DNA of 47,909 bases from NCBI GenBank assembly GCA_964627945.1, contig CAZVKW010000006.1, positions 1 to 47,909 of the forward strand, given 5' to 3'. A program made the position numbers and the translations under genes. The stretch's first letter is position 1; every line of letters begins with the position of its first letter. Under the pieces are notes generated by a model. That model had not been told where the DNA came from. It made no database searches and worked only from the letters and a program-made list of their open reading frames with translations. The stretch comes from an uncultured Lentimicrobiaceae bacterium (lineage in GTDB: Bacteria > Bacteroidota > Bacteroidia > Bacteroidales > F082). Shown here in pieces: positions 27,029 to 36,642 of this stretch.

Positions 27029-27583
27029 ATGAATACGCATACTGAAACTCAATTTAAAGAGGTAGTTAACAAGTGCAAAAGGCTGTTCGAAGCGAAAAAT
27101 TCCGATTATGGTCCAGCCTGGAGAATTCTGCGCCCGAGTTCACTTACTGACCAGATTTATATCAAAGCCAACAGAATCAGAACATTACAGACAAAAGGTC
27201 AACAGCTTGTGGATGAGGGAATTGAACCTGAATTCATGGGCATAGTTAATTATGCAGCGATGGCCATTATCCAGTTAAGACTTGGAGTTGTTGATCAACC
27301 TGAATTATCTCCATCCGAGACTCTTCGTTACTTTGGTGGCGTGCTGGATGAATCCTGTGACCTTATGATGCGTAAAAATCATGATTACGACGAAGCCTGG
27401 AGAAATATGCGAATTAGTTCACTTACCGATATTATTTTGATGAAGTTATTGAGAGTGAAACAGATAGAAGACAATCAAGGGACGACTCTGGTGTCTGAAG
27501 GAATAGATGCAAGTTATTTTGATATGATCAATTATGCTGTTTTTGCTTTAATTCTTATTCAGGAGAAAAAAGAACAGGCATGA
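27029..27583 (+). CDS. DUF1599 domain protein (two tandem DUF1599 modules)
   Basis: 184 aa. The module is duplicated: KNSDYGPAWRILRPSSLTDQIYIKANRIRTLQ and KNHDYDEAWRNMRISSLTDIILMKLLRVKQIE. It is divergent from folP, an arrangement I recall as typical in Bacteroidota. Confidence 0.8.
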   Translation: MNTHTETQFKEVVNKCKRLFEAKNSDYGPAWRILRPSSLTDQIYIKANRIRTLQTKGQQLVDEGIEPEFMGIVNYAAMAIIQLRLGVVDQPELSPSETLRYFGGVLDESCDLMMRKNHDYDEAWRNMRISSLTDIILMKLLRVKQIEDNQGTTLVSEGIDASYFDMINYAVFALILIQEKKEQA

Positions 27584-28695
27584 AAAAGAAATTTTTAATT
27601 GAGATATGCAGATACCTCACCGGAGCGGTTTTTGTATTCTCCGGATTTGTTAAAGGAGTCGATCCGCTTGGTACGACCTATAAAATCGAAGATTATTTCG
27701 TTGTTTATGGCACAGAATGGGCCAATGGTTTGGCTTTGAGCCTCTCGATTATTTTATGTGCTACTGAATTTTCGATTGGTCTTGCCCTCCTGACAAAAGT
27801 GAAAATGAAAATTACCGCATGGCTTCTCATGCTGATGATGGTTTTCTTTACCGGAATCACTTTCTACGATGCACTATTTTCGCTTGTTCCCGATTGTGGC
27901 TGTTTTGGAAATGCGATAACACTTACAAACTGGGAGACATTTTTTAAAAATCTTGTACTTATTGCTTTTGCTTTTGTTGTTTTCAGGTACAGGAATGAAT
28001 ACAGAAACGAACTTCGACCAACAAGTCAAATAGCACTTTTCACCATGTATTTTGCTGGTTTTATCATGTTTTCGATATATAATATCCGGCATTTACCCAT
28101 GATTGATTTCACAGTCTGGAAAAATGGCACTGAGGTTCTGTCTGCTAAAGTATCAGAGGATCAGGTGTTTGTAACTTATAGTAATATTTCAACTGGCGAA
28201 GAAAAAGAGTTTCTTTCACCCAACTATCCCTGGAATGACAGCCTCTGGATGCGTGAATGGAAATTCAAAAATCAACGGGTTGTTACAACAGGAAATAATA
28301 AGGATTTTGGTTTGTTGATTGAAGATGAATCCGGAAACGATCTGACACATGATTTACTTTCATCAGAAAAAATGTGGTTGATCACAATTCCTGATATTCA
28401 GGAAGTTGGAAAAGTTCAGATTGAGGTTTTGTTGGAATGGATAAATCAAATTGAGACTTCTGGTGGACAAACAGCCATTATTTCCGGCAGTTTGCCCGAA
28501 GAAATTCAGATTCTTCATGAAGTTGAAGAGTCAGTTCCGGAGGTTTTTTACGCAGATGCAACAGTTCTGAAAACCATGGTACGCTCTAATCCCGGAATTG
28601 TACTCTTTGATCATGGAAAGTTGATTTGTAAATGGCATTTTAATGATCTCCCTGAAAAACAGGAGATTATAATGTTGCAATCCAAGCTTCCATAA
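27580..28695 (+). CDS. MauE/DoxX-type membrane protein with C-terminal thioredoxin-fold-like domain
   Basis: 371 aa. About five TM helices carry the PDCGCFG motif typical of the MauE/DoxX family. The C-terminal ~190 aa are soluble. Its start overlaps the upstream stop codon (ATGA). Confidence 0.7.
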   Translation: MKKKFLIEICRYLTGAVFVFSGFVKGVDPLGTTYKIEDYFVVYGTEWANGLALSLSIILCATEFSIGLALLTKVKMKITAWLLMLMMVFFTGITFYDALFSLVPDCGCFGNAITLTNWETFFKNLVLIAFAFVVFRYRNEYRNELRPTSQIALFTMYFAGFIMFSIYNIRHLPMIDFTVWKNGTEVLSAKVSEDQVFVTYSNISTGEEKEFLSPNYPWNDSLWMREWKFKNQRVVTTGNNKDFGLLIEDESGNDLTHDLLSSEKMWLITIPDIQEVGKVQIEVLLEWINQIETSGGQTAIISGSLPEEIQILHEVEESVPEVFYADATVLKTMVRSNPGIVLFDHGKLICKWHFNDLPEKQEIIMLQSKLP

Positions 28696-28706
28696 TTGTT
28701 TCACTG

Positions 28707-29786
28707 ATGACTACCTTTATCCTTAAGAGATTATGGTATGGTTTTTTAGTCCTGCTTGGAGTCATCACCCTTGTTTTCTTACTTTTTACAATTCTGCCAG
28801 GTGACCCTGCAAGAATGATGCTTGGACAAAGGGCCGATCAAAAAGCGGTGGATGATATTCACCGGGAATTGGGCATGGATAGGCCGTATGTTATTCAATA
28901 TCTGAACTATCTGAATGATCTTTCTTTTGTTTCAATTCATACTACTAAGGCTGAAAAACATTCCTGGTTTACGGATGAATCAAAATATCAACATTCAGTA
29001 AGAGTTTTGAAAATTGGTGACCAAACACTGCTTCTTAAAGTGCCATTTCTGCGAAAGTCATATATCAGCAAGCGCGATGTTTCAGAAATACTGGCAGTTG
29101 CCTTTCCAAATACGTTTTTATTAGCAACATTATCGATACTTTTTGCCATGATTTTTGGAGTGCTAGCCGGAATGTTTACGGCGATGATCAATATACCGTG
29201 GTTAAACCGTATCGTTCTGGTATTCACTGCTTTCGGGATGTCATTACCTTCCTTTTTTGCAGCCATCATCATGGCCTGGATATTTGCTTTTTTACTTTCA
29301 GATTATACCGGATTAAATCTTTATGGAAGTTTATATGAAGTGGATGATTTTGGCAGGGGGGATGTGCTTCAATTGAAAAATTTAATACTGCCGGTTATCA
29401 CTCTTGGAATCAGACCATTGGCTGTTATTATTGAACTTACAAGAACCTCATTACTTGATGTTTTGTCTCAGGATTATATCCGCACGGCTAAGGCCAAAGG
29501 ACTAAGGCGCATTAGAGTAGTTGCAGTTCATGCAATGCGTAATGCTTTGAATCCTGTAATTACCGCCGTTTCAGGCTGGTATGCCTCCTCACTCGCCGGA
29601 GCTGTTTTCATTGAGTATATTTTCGATTGGAAAGGGATAGGAATTGTGATTGTAGACGCATTGGATAATTATGATTTACCGGTAGTTATGGGATCTGTAT
29701 TATTAATTGCAGTTATATTGATTATTATTAATATTTTTGTAGACATCGCGTATGGTCTGCTCGACCCCCGTGTTAGAATATCATAA
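28707..29786 (+). CDS. ABC transporter permease, DppB/OppB-like
   Basis: 359 aa. N-terminus ILKRLWYGFLVLLGVITLVFLLF..LPGDPAR and the EAA-loop region YIRTAKAKGLRRIRVVAVHAMRNALNPVIT. Confidence 0.85.
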   Translation: MTTFILKRLWYGFLVLLGVITLVFLLFTILPGDPARMMLGQRADQKAVDDIHRELGMDRPYVIQYLNYLNDLSFVSIHTTKAEKHSWFTDESKYQHSVRVLKIGDQTLLLKVPFLRKSYISKRDVSEILAVAFPNTFLLATLSILFAMIFGVLAGMFTAMINIPWLNRIVLVFTAFGMSLPSFFAAIIMAWIFAFLLSDYTGLNLYGSLYEVDDFGRGDVLQLKNLILPVITLGIRPLAVIIELTRTSLLDVLSQDYIRTAKAKGLRRIRVVAVHAMRNALNPVITAVSGWYASSLAGAVFIEYIFDWKGIGIVIVDALDNYDLPVVMGSVLLIAVILIIINIFVDIAYGLLDPRVRIS

Positions 29787-29809
29787 ATTGAAAATTAAAA
29801 ATATACGTT

Positions 29810-30568
29810 ATGCGTAAGAAAATTGTTGCCGGAAACTGGAAAATGAACCTCACATTCAGTGAGGCTGAAGACTTGATTGATGAAATCGTTGACCTGCTCG
29901 AAGATGAAACCATTGAAGCGGATGTTGTTGTATGCCCGCCTTATCCTTATCTTGAAATGGCCAGCGATATTGCCAAGGATAGCAAGTTTTTTGTTGGAGC
30001 TCAAAATATCAGTCCGTTCGAAGCCGGCGCTTATACTGGTGAAGTTTCTTCAGCTATGCTAAAATCAATGGAGATAACACATTGTATTATAGGACACAGC
30101 GAAAGGCGTAAATATTTTAACGAAGACGATAAAATGTTGACTGCCAAGGTGAATCAGGCTATCTCACATGGAATAGTTCCTATTTTCTGTGTTGGTGAAG
30201 CTTTACCGGAACGTGAAGCCGGAAATCATTTTGAAATTGTACGTCATCAGGTTCGTCATGGTTTATTCCATCTTGACACAGACGAGTTTTCGAAAGTTGT
30301 GGTTGCCTACGAACCCGTTTGGGCTATCGGAACTGGTGTTACAGCAAAACCTGAACAGGCACGTGAAATGCATGAATACATCCGTACATTAATCGGAGAA
30401 CGGTATGGAAAAGAAGTTGCTGAGGCAACTCTGGTACTTTATGGTGGAAGTTGTACTTCAAAGAACGCTGAAGAGATCTTTGCCCAACCCGGTGTTGATG
30501 GCGGATTAATTGGCGGAGCTTCGTTGATAGCAGAAGAGTTTCTTGCCATCTGCAAAGCAGCTAAATAA
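29810..30568 (+). CDS. tpiA: triose-phosphate isomerase
   Basis: 252 aa. Motifs AGNWKMN, IIGHSERR, AYEPVWAIGTG and GGASL. Confidence 0.97.
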   Translation: MRKKIVAGNWKMNLTFSEAEDLIDEIVDLLEDETIEADVVVCPPYPYLEMASDIAKDSKFFVGAQNISPFEAGAYTGEVSSAMLKSMEITHCIIGHSERRKYFNEDDKMLTAKVNQAISHGIVPIFCVGEALPEREAGNHFEIVRHQVRHGLFHLDTDEFSKVVVAYEPVWAIGTGVTAKPEQAREMHEYIRTLIGERYGKEVAEATLVLYGGSCTSKNAEEIFAQPGVDGGLIGGASLIAEEFLAICKAAK

Positions 30569-30573
30569 GAAAT

Positions 30574-31401
30574 ATGGCTTATATCGAACTGACATTCAGT
30601 TTGTTGAATAACGAAAGTGTTCTCGAGATACTGTCAGCCCGGCTTAGCATGCTGGGCTTTGACAGTTTTTTTGAGGATGAAGAAGGATTCAGAGCTTATT
30701 GTCCCGAAGAGAATTTGAATCTTCCCGAAATAGAATCCCTGATGCTTGAACCGGTTTTTTCCGAACTTAAGCTCCTTTCGTTCAAACCACTTGAAGACAA
30801 AAACTGGAATGAAATCTGGGAATCGTCCTATGAACCGGTTCTGTTAGATGATTGTTGTTTCATTCGTGCTCCTTTTCATGAAAAAAAGGATGTTGAATAC
30901 AATATCCTTATTGAACCAAAAATGTCATTTGGGACTGCCCATCATGAAACAACAGCTCAAATGATCGGCTGGGTTCTAAAAACAGATCTTAAAGGACTAT
31001 CGTTACTCGATATGGGTTGTGGAACTGCTGTACTGGCAATTCTGGCCCGTTTGAAAGGAGCTGATCCGGTTTTAGCAATTGATAATGATATCTGGGCCTA
31101 CAACAATTCCTGTGAAAATGTTATATTAAACCAAACAGCTGATATTAAAGTTGTTATGGGTGATGCAACAGCAATCGGCGATCAGACATTTGATGTGATA
31201 CTCGCAAATATTAACAGGAATATACTCCTGAACGATATGCATCTTTATGCATCAGCGCTTAAAACTGGAGGAATGTTATTTTTAAGTGGTTTTTACGAAT
31301 CTGATCTTGACTCAATCCGGCTTTCCGCCAATCAAAACGGTCTGAGTTATCTTGATCATACGATTAAAAATCAATGGGTTGCTGCTAAATTTAGTAAATG
31401 A
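30574..31401 (+). CDS. prmA: ribosomal protein L11 methyltransferase
   Basis: 275 aa. IEPKMSFGTAHHETT and the SAM-binding motif LDMGCGTAVLAI, followed by ILANI. Confidence 0.9.
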   Translation: MAYIELTFSLLNNESVLEILSARLSMLGFDSFFEDEEGFRAYCPEENLNLPEIESLMLEPVFSELKLLSFKPLEDKNWNEIWESSYEPVLLDDCCFIRAPFHEKKDVEYNILIEPKMSFGTAHHETTAQMIGWVLKTDLKGLSLLDMGCGTAVLAILARLKGADPVLAIDNDIWAYNNSCENVILNQTADIKVVMGDATAIGDQTFDVILANINRNILLNDMHLYASALKTGGMLFLSGFYESDLDSIRLSANQNGLSYLDHTIKNQWVAAKFSK

Positions 31402-31456
31402 CCCTGACAACAGATGATCACATCATTCAGTACACCTTAATTCAGATGTTACATCC

Positions 31457-34400
31457 ATGATGAAGTTCTTATTCAGGTTTTTAGCAGTTATAATTCTTCT
31501 TTTTTCAGGTAAAATTTCTTCGGCTCAGGATAGTATCTATTTTTCAGCTGATTCTGAAGTATTTATGAATCAGATTGAAAATCTTCTTCTTCAATCCCGG
31601 AATAAAAATGATCTCGAAAAAGGGCAGCAGCTGATGTTGAAGATGAAAGAGCCTTGGAATTTGGGAAGATTTAACAAGGAAGAGAAGGATATGATCAAAG
31701 CAATTGCAGAACGATTGCATGATCTAAAGAGGCCGATTTACCCCGATTTTTATAACTATATTTCTGTTATTCAACTATTTATTGAATCAAAGCAACCGGC
31801 GTCATCAACAATGGTCTGGTTTAGGACCGAATATGATTATGCAACAGTCAAATCATTGAAGTCATTTGATGATCTGCTTTCATTTACGAGACGGTTTCTG
31901 GAGAATGAAGAACTTCGGGAGATGAGCGGTATTATTTGGTCAGCCAAAAAAAGTCAATACAGATTTGTATCTGATAGTGTACTCAAAATCAATTTCGAAC
32001 ATCTGAATCTGGTTTGTGCCAGTAAAAAGGATAGTTCTGTAATAAACAATACATCAGGGATATACGATATAAATTCCGGTCATTTTACTGGTCAGGGAGG
32101 TAAGGTTTTTTGGTGGCGATTTGGTTTCAAACCCGATGAAACCTGGGTTGAACTTTCAAAACTTCAGATCAACCTCAATGAGCCGGGTTATACAGCCGAT
32201 TCAACTTTTTTTTATCATACTTCAAAATTTGATCAGAAACTCTCTGGAAGGTTCTCTGATAAAGTGATGAGTAGTGCACCAAATTTGCGCACTACCTATC
32301 CACGTTTTGAAACCTACAACGATCTTTATTCACTTAAAGAAGTATTTCCATCTATTCAGTTATCCGGTCAGATCATTATCGAAGGGGGAACCATTTTCGC
32401 CAAAGGCTCAGCAACTAAAAACGCGGAAATGATTTTCAAGAGAAATAATAAAGTATATGCTTCAATCCGATCGACCAGCTTCACTATAGGCGATGATAAG
32501 GTTACTTCAGACAATGTGAAGGCGAAATTTATGATCGAAAATGATTCTATCTTTCATCCTGAACTTCGGATGCGTTATGTTAATGAGAACCGAACTCTGA
32601 TTTTATATCGTTTGGATGGTGGAATAGGTGAGGCACCATTTTCTGATTCTTACCATAAAGTAGATCTATATTTTCCTTCATTGACATGGGTAATTGATTC
32701 GGAAGAATTGATTTTGAATAAGTTAGATGGTGTTTCAAGTGAAAGTTCAGGACGAGTTGAATCACTAAGTTTCTACTCTGATCGTGATTATCAGCTTCTA
32801 AAAGGAATGGACGACATTCACCCAATGATGCAGATAGACAAGTATCTGAAGGCTTTCGACTCCGGTAATTCTGTTCCTTTATATGCATATGCTGATTATA
32901 TTAAAAAGCCTTCAGAACAGGTGCTGACACAGTTTTTGCGACTTGCCGCCAAAGGCTTTCTGGTATATGATCAGGAGTCGAGAATAGCTACTGTTAATGA
33001 ACGCTTCTACAATATCTTGTCATCTCGGGCCGGTAAAACAGATTATGATGTAATTCGTCTTCAGAGTTTTACCACTGGAAGGAAACCCAATATTATCTTC
33101 AATTTTGCAAATAGTGATCTGACTGTTAATGGCGTTAAAACAGTGATACTTAGTGATACACAGCATGTTGTGATTCAGCCACGGGAAGAAAAAGTTATCA
33201 TGAAGAAAAACCGTGATTTTGCATTCAGCGGTCCTGTTCAGGCTGGATTATTTACCTTTTATGCCCGTGATTGTTCTTTTGAATACGAGAAATTTCAATT
33301 GAATTTTACATTTATCGATTCAATTTCCTTCCTTGTGAAATCGCGAGTTAGCAGAAAAGTCAATGAAGATCAGCGATATACAAAGGTTAAGAATGTATTG
33401 GCCAATCTTACCGGAAATCTTAAAATTGATGATCCTGGAAATAAGTCCGGATTAAAAAGTCCGAGTCATTATCCTGTATTTGAAAGTAAAGGCGAATCAT
33501 ATGTCTATTTCGATAAGAAATTTATCATGGATGGAGCCCTGAACCGTGAGAAGTTTTATTATTCTGTCGACCCTTTTGTCATTGATAGTTTATTGACATT
33601 TAGTACAGATGAGCTGAAATTTAAAGGCTATCTGACCTCCGCTGCAATTTTTCCGGTATTTGAAGAACCTCTTACCGTAATGGAGGATTATTCCCTTGGA
33701 TTTCAGCATTTTGTGAATGAATCCGGCTATCCGATGTTTGGTGGTAAGGCGAAGTTTTATGAAAATATCCACCTGTCTAACAAAGGGTTTTTTGGAAATG
33801 GTCACATCGACTATTTAACAAGTAATGCTATTGCTGATACGTTTTGTTTGTATCCGGATTCAGTCACTGCGCTCGTTCAACAGTTTAATATGACAGAGAA
33901 AACAAGCAAGGTTGAGTTTCCAAGAGGGCAGGCTGACTCAATAGCTTTTGATTGGCAAATAAAGTCTGATGTACTTCATTTACAAACAGTTAAAAAACCA
34001 TATATCGTATTTAATAATGTAATTCTGGAAGGTAAACTGGATGTTTCATCAACCGGAATGACAGGTAGTGGTTCAATTGCTTTTTCAAATACCAGTATCA
34101 GAAGCGATAGTCTGAGATTTTTTAGTCAGGCTTTTACTGCAGATAGTGCAGATTTTCAGCTATATACGGCAGAAACACACCTCGAAGCCTTCGCTGCTTT
34201 GGGATATAAAGTTGCGATTGATTTTAGAGATCGTGTGGGTAATTTCACTTTTATGGGAAGCAACAGCCTGATGTCTTTCCCATTTAATCAATACGTTTGC
34301 TCGCTCGATGAAGCCTATTGGATCATGGATGAAGATAAATTGATTCTGAATAATAATCGTGTTAAGAGATTGCATGATCTTGATAATCTGAATTATAATC

Positions 34401-35938
34401 AGATAATGGATATTGACTTATCTGGATCAGGATTTATTTCGACACATCCTTTACAGGATTCACTTTCCTTTTTCTGTCTGGAAGCCGATTATAATTTGGT
34501 TGATTATACCATTAACGCCCGAAATGTGAAGATTATACGTGTTGCTGATGCCGCGATTTTTCCAAACGACGGATTGGTGACAATTGGTAAAAATGCTATC
34601 ATGAATCCTTTACAATCAGCCACAATTATTACAGATACTCGCAACAGATATCATACAATTTATGAAGCACTTGTTGAAATCAGCAGTCGTAAAAAGTATA
34701 GTGCCACCGGAAAATATCACATCAAAACTAGTGCAGAACTACCACTAGAAATTCAATTTACATCTATCAATGTCGATACTACAGGCAGAACTGTTGCAGA
34801 GGCAAAAGTGGAAAGTGTTGAACCTCTGAGAATTAGTCCTGAATTCGATATTTGCGGGAAAGTGATTTTGAACTCTGATCAACAGTTTTTGCGCTATCAG
34901 GGTGGTTTCCGGATTATTGAACCCTGTAATACTGATGGAAGGCCTTATGTGGCTTTGGATACACTTATTGATCCGTTCAATGTTCAGATTCCTGTTCATA
35001 AGCCAGTTGATTTGGTTGGTAATTCGCTCGCTATGGGTTACTATCGCGATATGCTTACAGGAAAATATTATGGCAGATTTCTTGAGTTTTTGCGTCAGGA
35101 ATCGGATCAGGAAATTGTATCCCATACCGGCAACTTATTTTATGATCAGACTTCAAAAACGTTCAAGCTCGAAGGATTCGGGAAGGAAAATTCCTATAAG
35201 AACCTTGAGCTACGGACAAACAGATGTGTTATGGAAGGAATTGGTCCTGCAGATTTCAGTCTTAGTATGCCATTTATGGATATAAGAACCTATGGAACAA
35301 TTAATTATAATATTATTCCTGATTCGGTAAGTTTGAATTTATTCTTACGGTTTAATTTTATTTTTGATTCGAAACTGCTGGAAATGATGGCTGATAGTTT
35401 GAATACAACAAACCAGAAAGCACTTAATTTGTCAGAAGGAAATTATTCAGGAGCCATTAAACAATTGTTGAATTCACAGGATGCCGGAAAAATTGAAAAT
35501 GAAATCGCTTTGTATGGATATCCGAGAAAAGTACCGGATGAGTTACAGAAAACGCTGGTAATTAGTGAAGTACATTTGAAATATCAGGAATCTACAAATT
35601 CTTTCATATCTGTTGGTCCGATTGGAATCAGTAATATCAATCAGACAGCGATTAATAAGTATGTGAACGGATACCTTGAAATTGAAAAGGGGAGGACATC
35701 AAGTGCTTTCAGTTTATATTTGCAATTGAATTCAAAACAATGGTATTACTTTGATTTTAAAAACGGAGTCGTGCAGGCAATTTCCTCATCAGTTGAGTTT
35801 AACGACAACTTAATGTCGATCAGTGATAAAAAAAGGATCAAACTCGATCAGACAACGGGTGAACAATATGAGTTCGTCATTTCAACCAGACGGAAAGTAG
35901 CAGATTTTCTTAACAGAATGCAAGCTGAAATACAGTAA
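31457..35938 (+). CDS. very large secreted protein of unknown family
   Basis: 1493-aa uninterrupted ORF. N-terminal signal peptide (FLAVIILLFSGKISSAQ). No repeats or catalytic motifs are recognisable by eye. The C-terminus does not look like TamB/DUF490. Confidence 0.7.
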   Translation: MMKFLFRFLAVIILLFSGKISSAQDSIYFSADSEVFMNQIENLLLQSRNKNDLEKGQQLMLKMKEPWNLGRFNKEEKDMIKAIAERLHDLKRPIYPDFYNYISVIQLFIESKQPASSTMVWFRTEYDYATVKSLKSFDDLLSFTRRFLENEELREMSGIIWSAKKSQYRFVSDSVLKINFEHLNLVCASKKDSSVINNTSGIYDINSGHFTGQGGKVFWWRFGFKPDETWVELSKLQINLNEPGYTADSTFFYHTSKFDQKLSGRFSDKVMSSAPNLRTTYPRFETYNDLYSLKEVFPSIQLSGQIIIEGGTIFAKGSATKNAEMIFKRNNKVYASIRSTSFTIGDDKVTSDNVKAKFMIENDSIFHPELRMRYVNENRTLILYRLDGGIGEAPFSDSYHKVDLYFPSLTWVIDSEELILNKLDGVSSESSGRVESLSFYSDRDYQLLKGMDDIHPMMQIDKYLKAFDSGNSVPLYAYADYIKKPSEQVLTQFLRLAAKGFLVYDQESRIATVNERFYNILSSRAGKTDYDVIRLQSFTTGRKPNIIFNFANSDLTVNGVKTVILSDTQHVVIQPREEKVIMKKNRDFAFSGPVQAGLFTFYARDCSFEYEKFQLNFTFIDSISFLVKSRVSRKVNEDQRYTKVKNVLANLTGNLKIDDPGNKSGLKSPSHYPVFESKGESYVYFDKKFIMDGALNREKFYYSVDPFVIDSLLTFSTDELKFKGYLTSAAIFPVFEEPLTVMEDYSLGFQHFVNESGYPMFGGKAKFYENIHLSNKGFFGNGHIDYLTSNAIADTFCLYPDSVTALVQQFNMTEKTSKVEFPRGQADSIAFDWQIKSDVLHLQTVKKPYIVFNNVILEGKLDVSSTGMTGSGSIAFSNTSIRSDSLRFFSQAFTADSADFQLYTAETHLEAFAALGYKVAIDFRDRVGNFTFMGSNSLMSFPFNQYVCSLDEAYWIMDEDKLILNNNRVKRLHDLDNLNYNQIMDIDLSGSGFISTHPLQDSLSFFCLEADYNLVDYTINARNVKIIRVADAAIFPNDGLVTIGKNAIMNPLQSATIITDTRNRYHTIYEALVEISSRKKYSATGKYHIKTSAELPLEIQFTSINVDTTGRTVAEAKVESVEPLRISPEFDICGKVILNSDQQFLRYQGGFRIIEPCNTDGRPYVALDTLIDPFNVQIPVHKPVDLVGNSLAMGYYRDMLTGKYYGRFLEFLRQESDQEIVSHTGNLFYDQTSKTFKLEGFGKENSYKNLELRTNRCVMEGIGPADFSLSMPFMDIRTYGTINYNIIPDSVSLNLFLRFNFIFDSKLLEMMADSLNTTNQKALNLSEGNYSGAIKQLLNSQDAGKIENEIALYGYPRKVPDELQKTLVISEVHLKYQESTNSFISVGPIGISNINQTAINKYVNGYLEIEKGRTSSAFSLYLQLNSKQWYYFDFKNGVVQAISSSVEFNDNLMSISDKKRIKLDQTTGEQYEFVISTRRKVADFLNRMQAEIQ

Positions 35939-35940
35939 AT

Positions 35941-36576
35941 ATGGAAATTTTACCAATATTCTTACCGATTCTTGTGGCATATTTATTAGGTTCGATTCCG
36001 ACTGCAGTATGGGTTGGAAAAACCTTTTACCATGTCGATATTCGTAACGAAGGCTCAGGCAATGCAGGAGCAACCAATACAATTCGTGTTTTGGGAGTCA
36101 AGGCAGGCATACCCGTTATCATTGTTGACGTTTTCAAAGGCTATGCTGCCGTAGCAATCGCTCCTTGGATCGTTCAGCTTGCTGGTGGTACTGAGGCTTC
36201 GCCTGTATTGTTGCTTTTTGTTTCAGCCGCTGTCGTGCTGGGGCATACTTTTCCTCTTTACGCTGGTTTCAGAGGAGGAAAAGGTGTTGCAACGCTCCTG
36301 GGTGTAGGAATCGGACTATTTCCAGCCGCTGCTGGAATTGCGGTTTTAGTTTTTGCTACCATATTTATCATCTCAGGCTATGTTTCACTCAGCAGCATTA
36401 CTGCCGGTGTCGGTTTTCCGGTAACGGTATTCCTTTTCTTTCCTCCTCCCCATGTCTCTTACTATTATCTGGCAGTTGCGGTAGCTGTTTTTATTCCTTT
36501 AACACACCGAAAAAACATCAAAAGATTGTGGAATGGAACTGAATCAAAAATTAGTTTTAAAAAAAAGAAAGTCTGA
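35941..36576 (+). CDS. plsY: glycerol-3-phosphate acyltransferase PlsY
   Basis: 211 aa. GSIPTA, GSGNAGATN and FRGGKGVAT motifs. It starts 2 nt after the previous stop codon. Confidence 0.95.
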   Translation: MEILPIFLPILVAYLLGSIPTAVWVGKTFYHVDIRNEGSGNAGATNTIRVLGVKAGIPVIIVDVFKGYAAVAIAPWIVQLAGGTEASPVLLLFVSAAVVLGHTFPLYAGFRGGKGVATLLGVGIGLFPAAAGIAVLVFATIFIISGYVSLSSITAGVGFPVTVFLFFPPPHVSYYYLAVAVAVFIPLTHRKNIKRLWNGTESKISFKKKKV

Positions 36577-36642
36577 GCAAAAATTCTTCGTCATAATTAA
36601 CAGCTTATTTGTTATTTTTACATCATAAAATAATCTTCGTAT

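Noticed and set aside
26972-27052. N-terminal extension of the folP ORF (MSFSMRIHQYIFLKITTFAHYQSLAKI) given in the ORF track.
   Set aside because: It overlaps the divergent DUF1599 gene, has no counterpart in DHPS as I know it, and lies upstream of the minus-strand -7 box. The internal ATG at 26971 is preferred.
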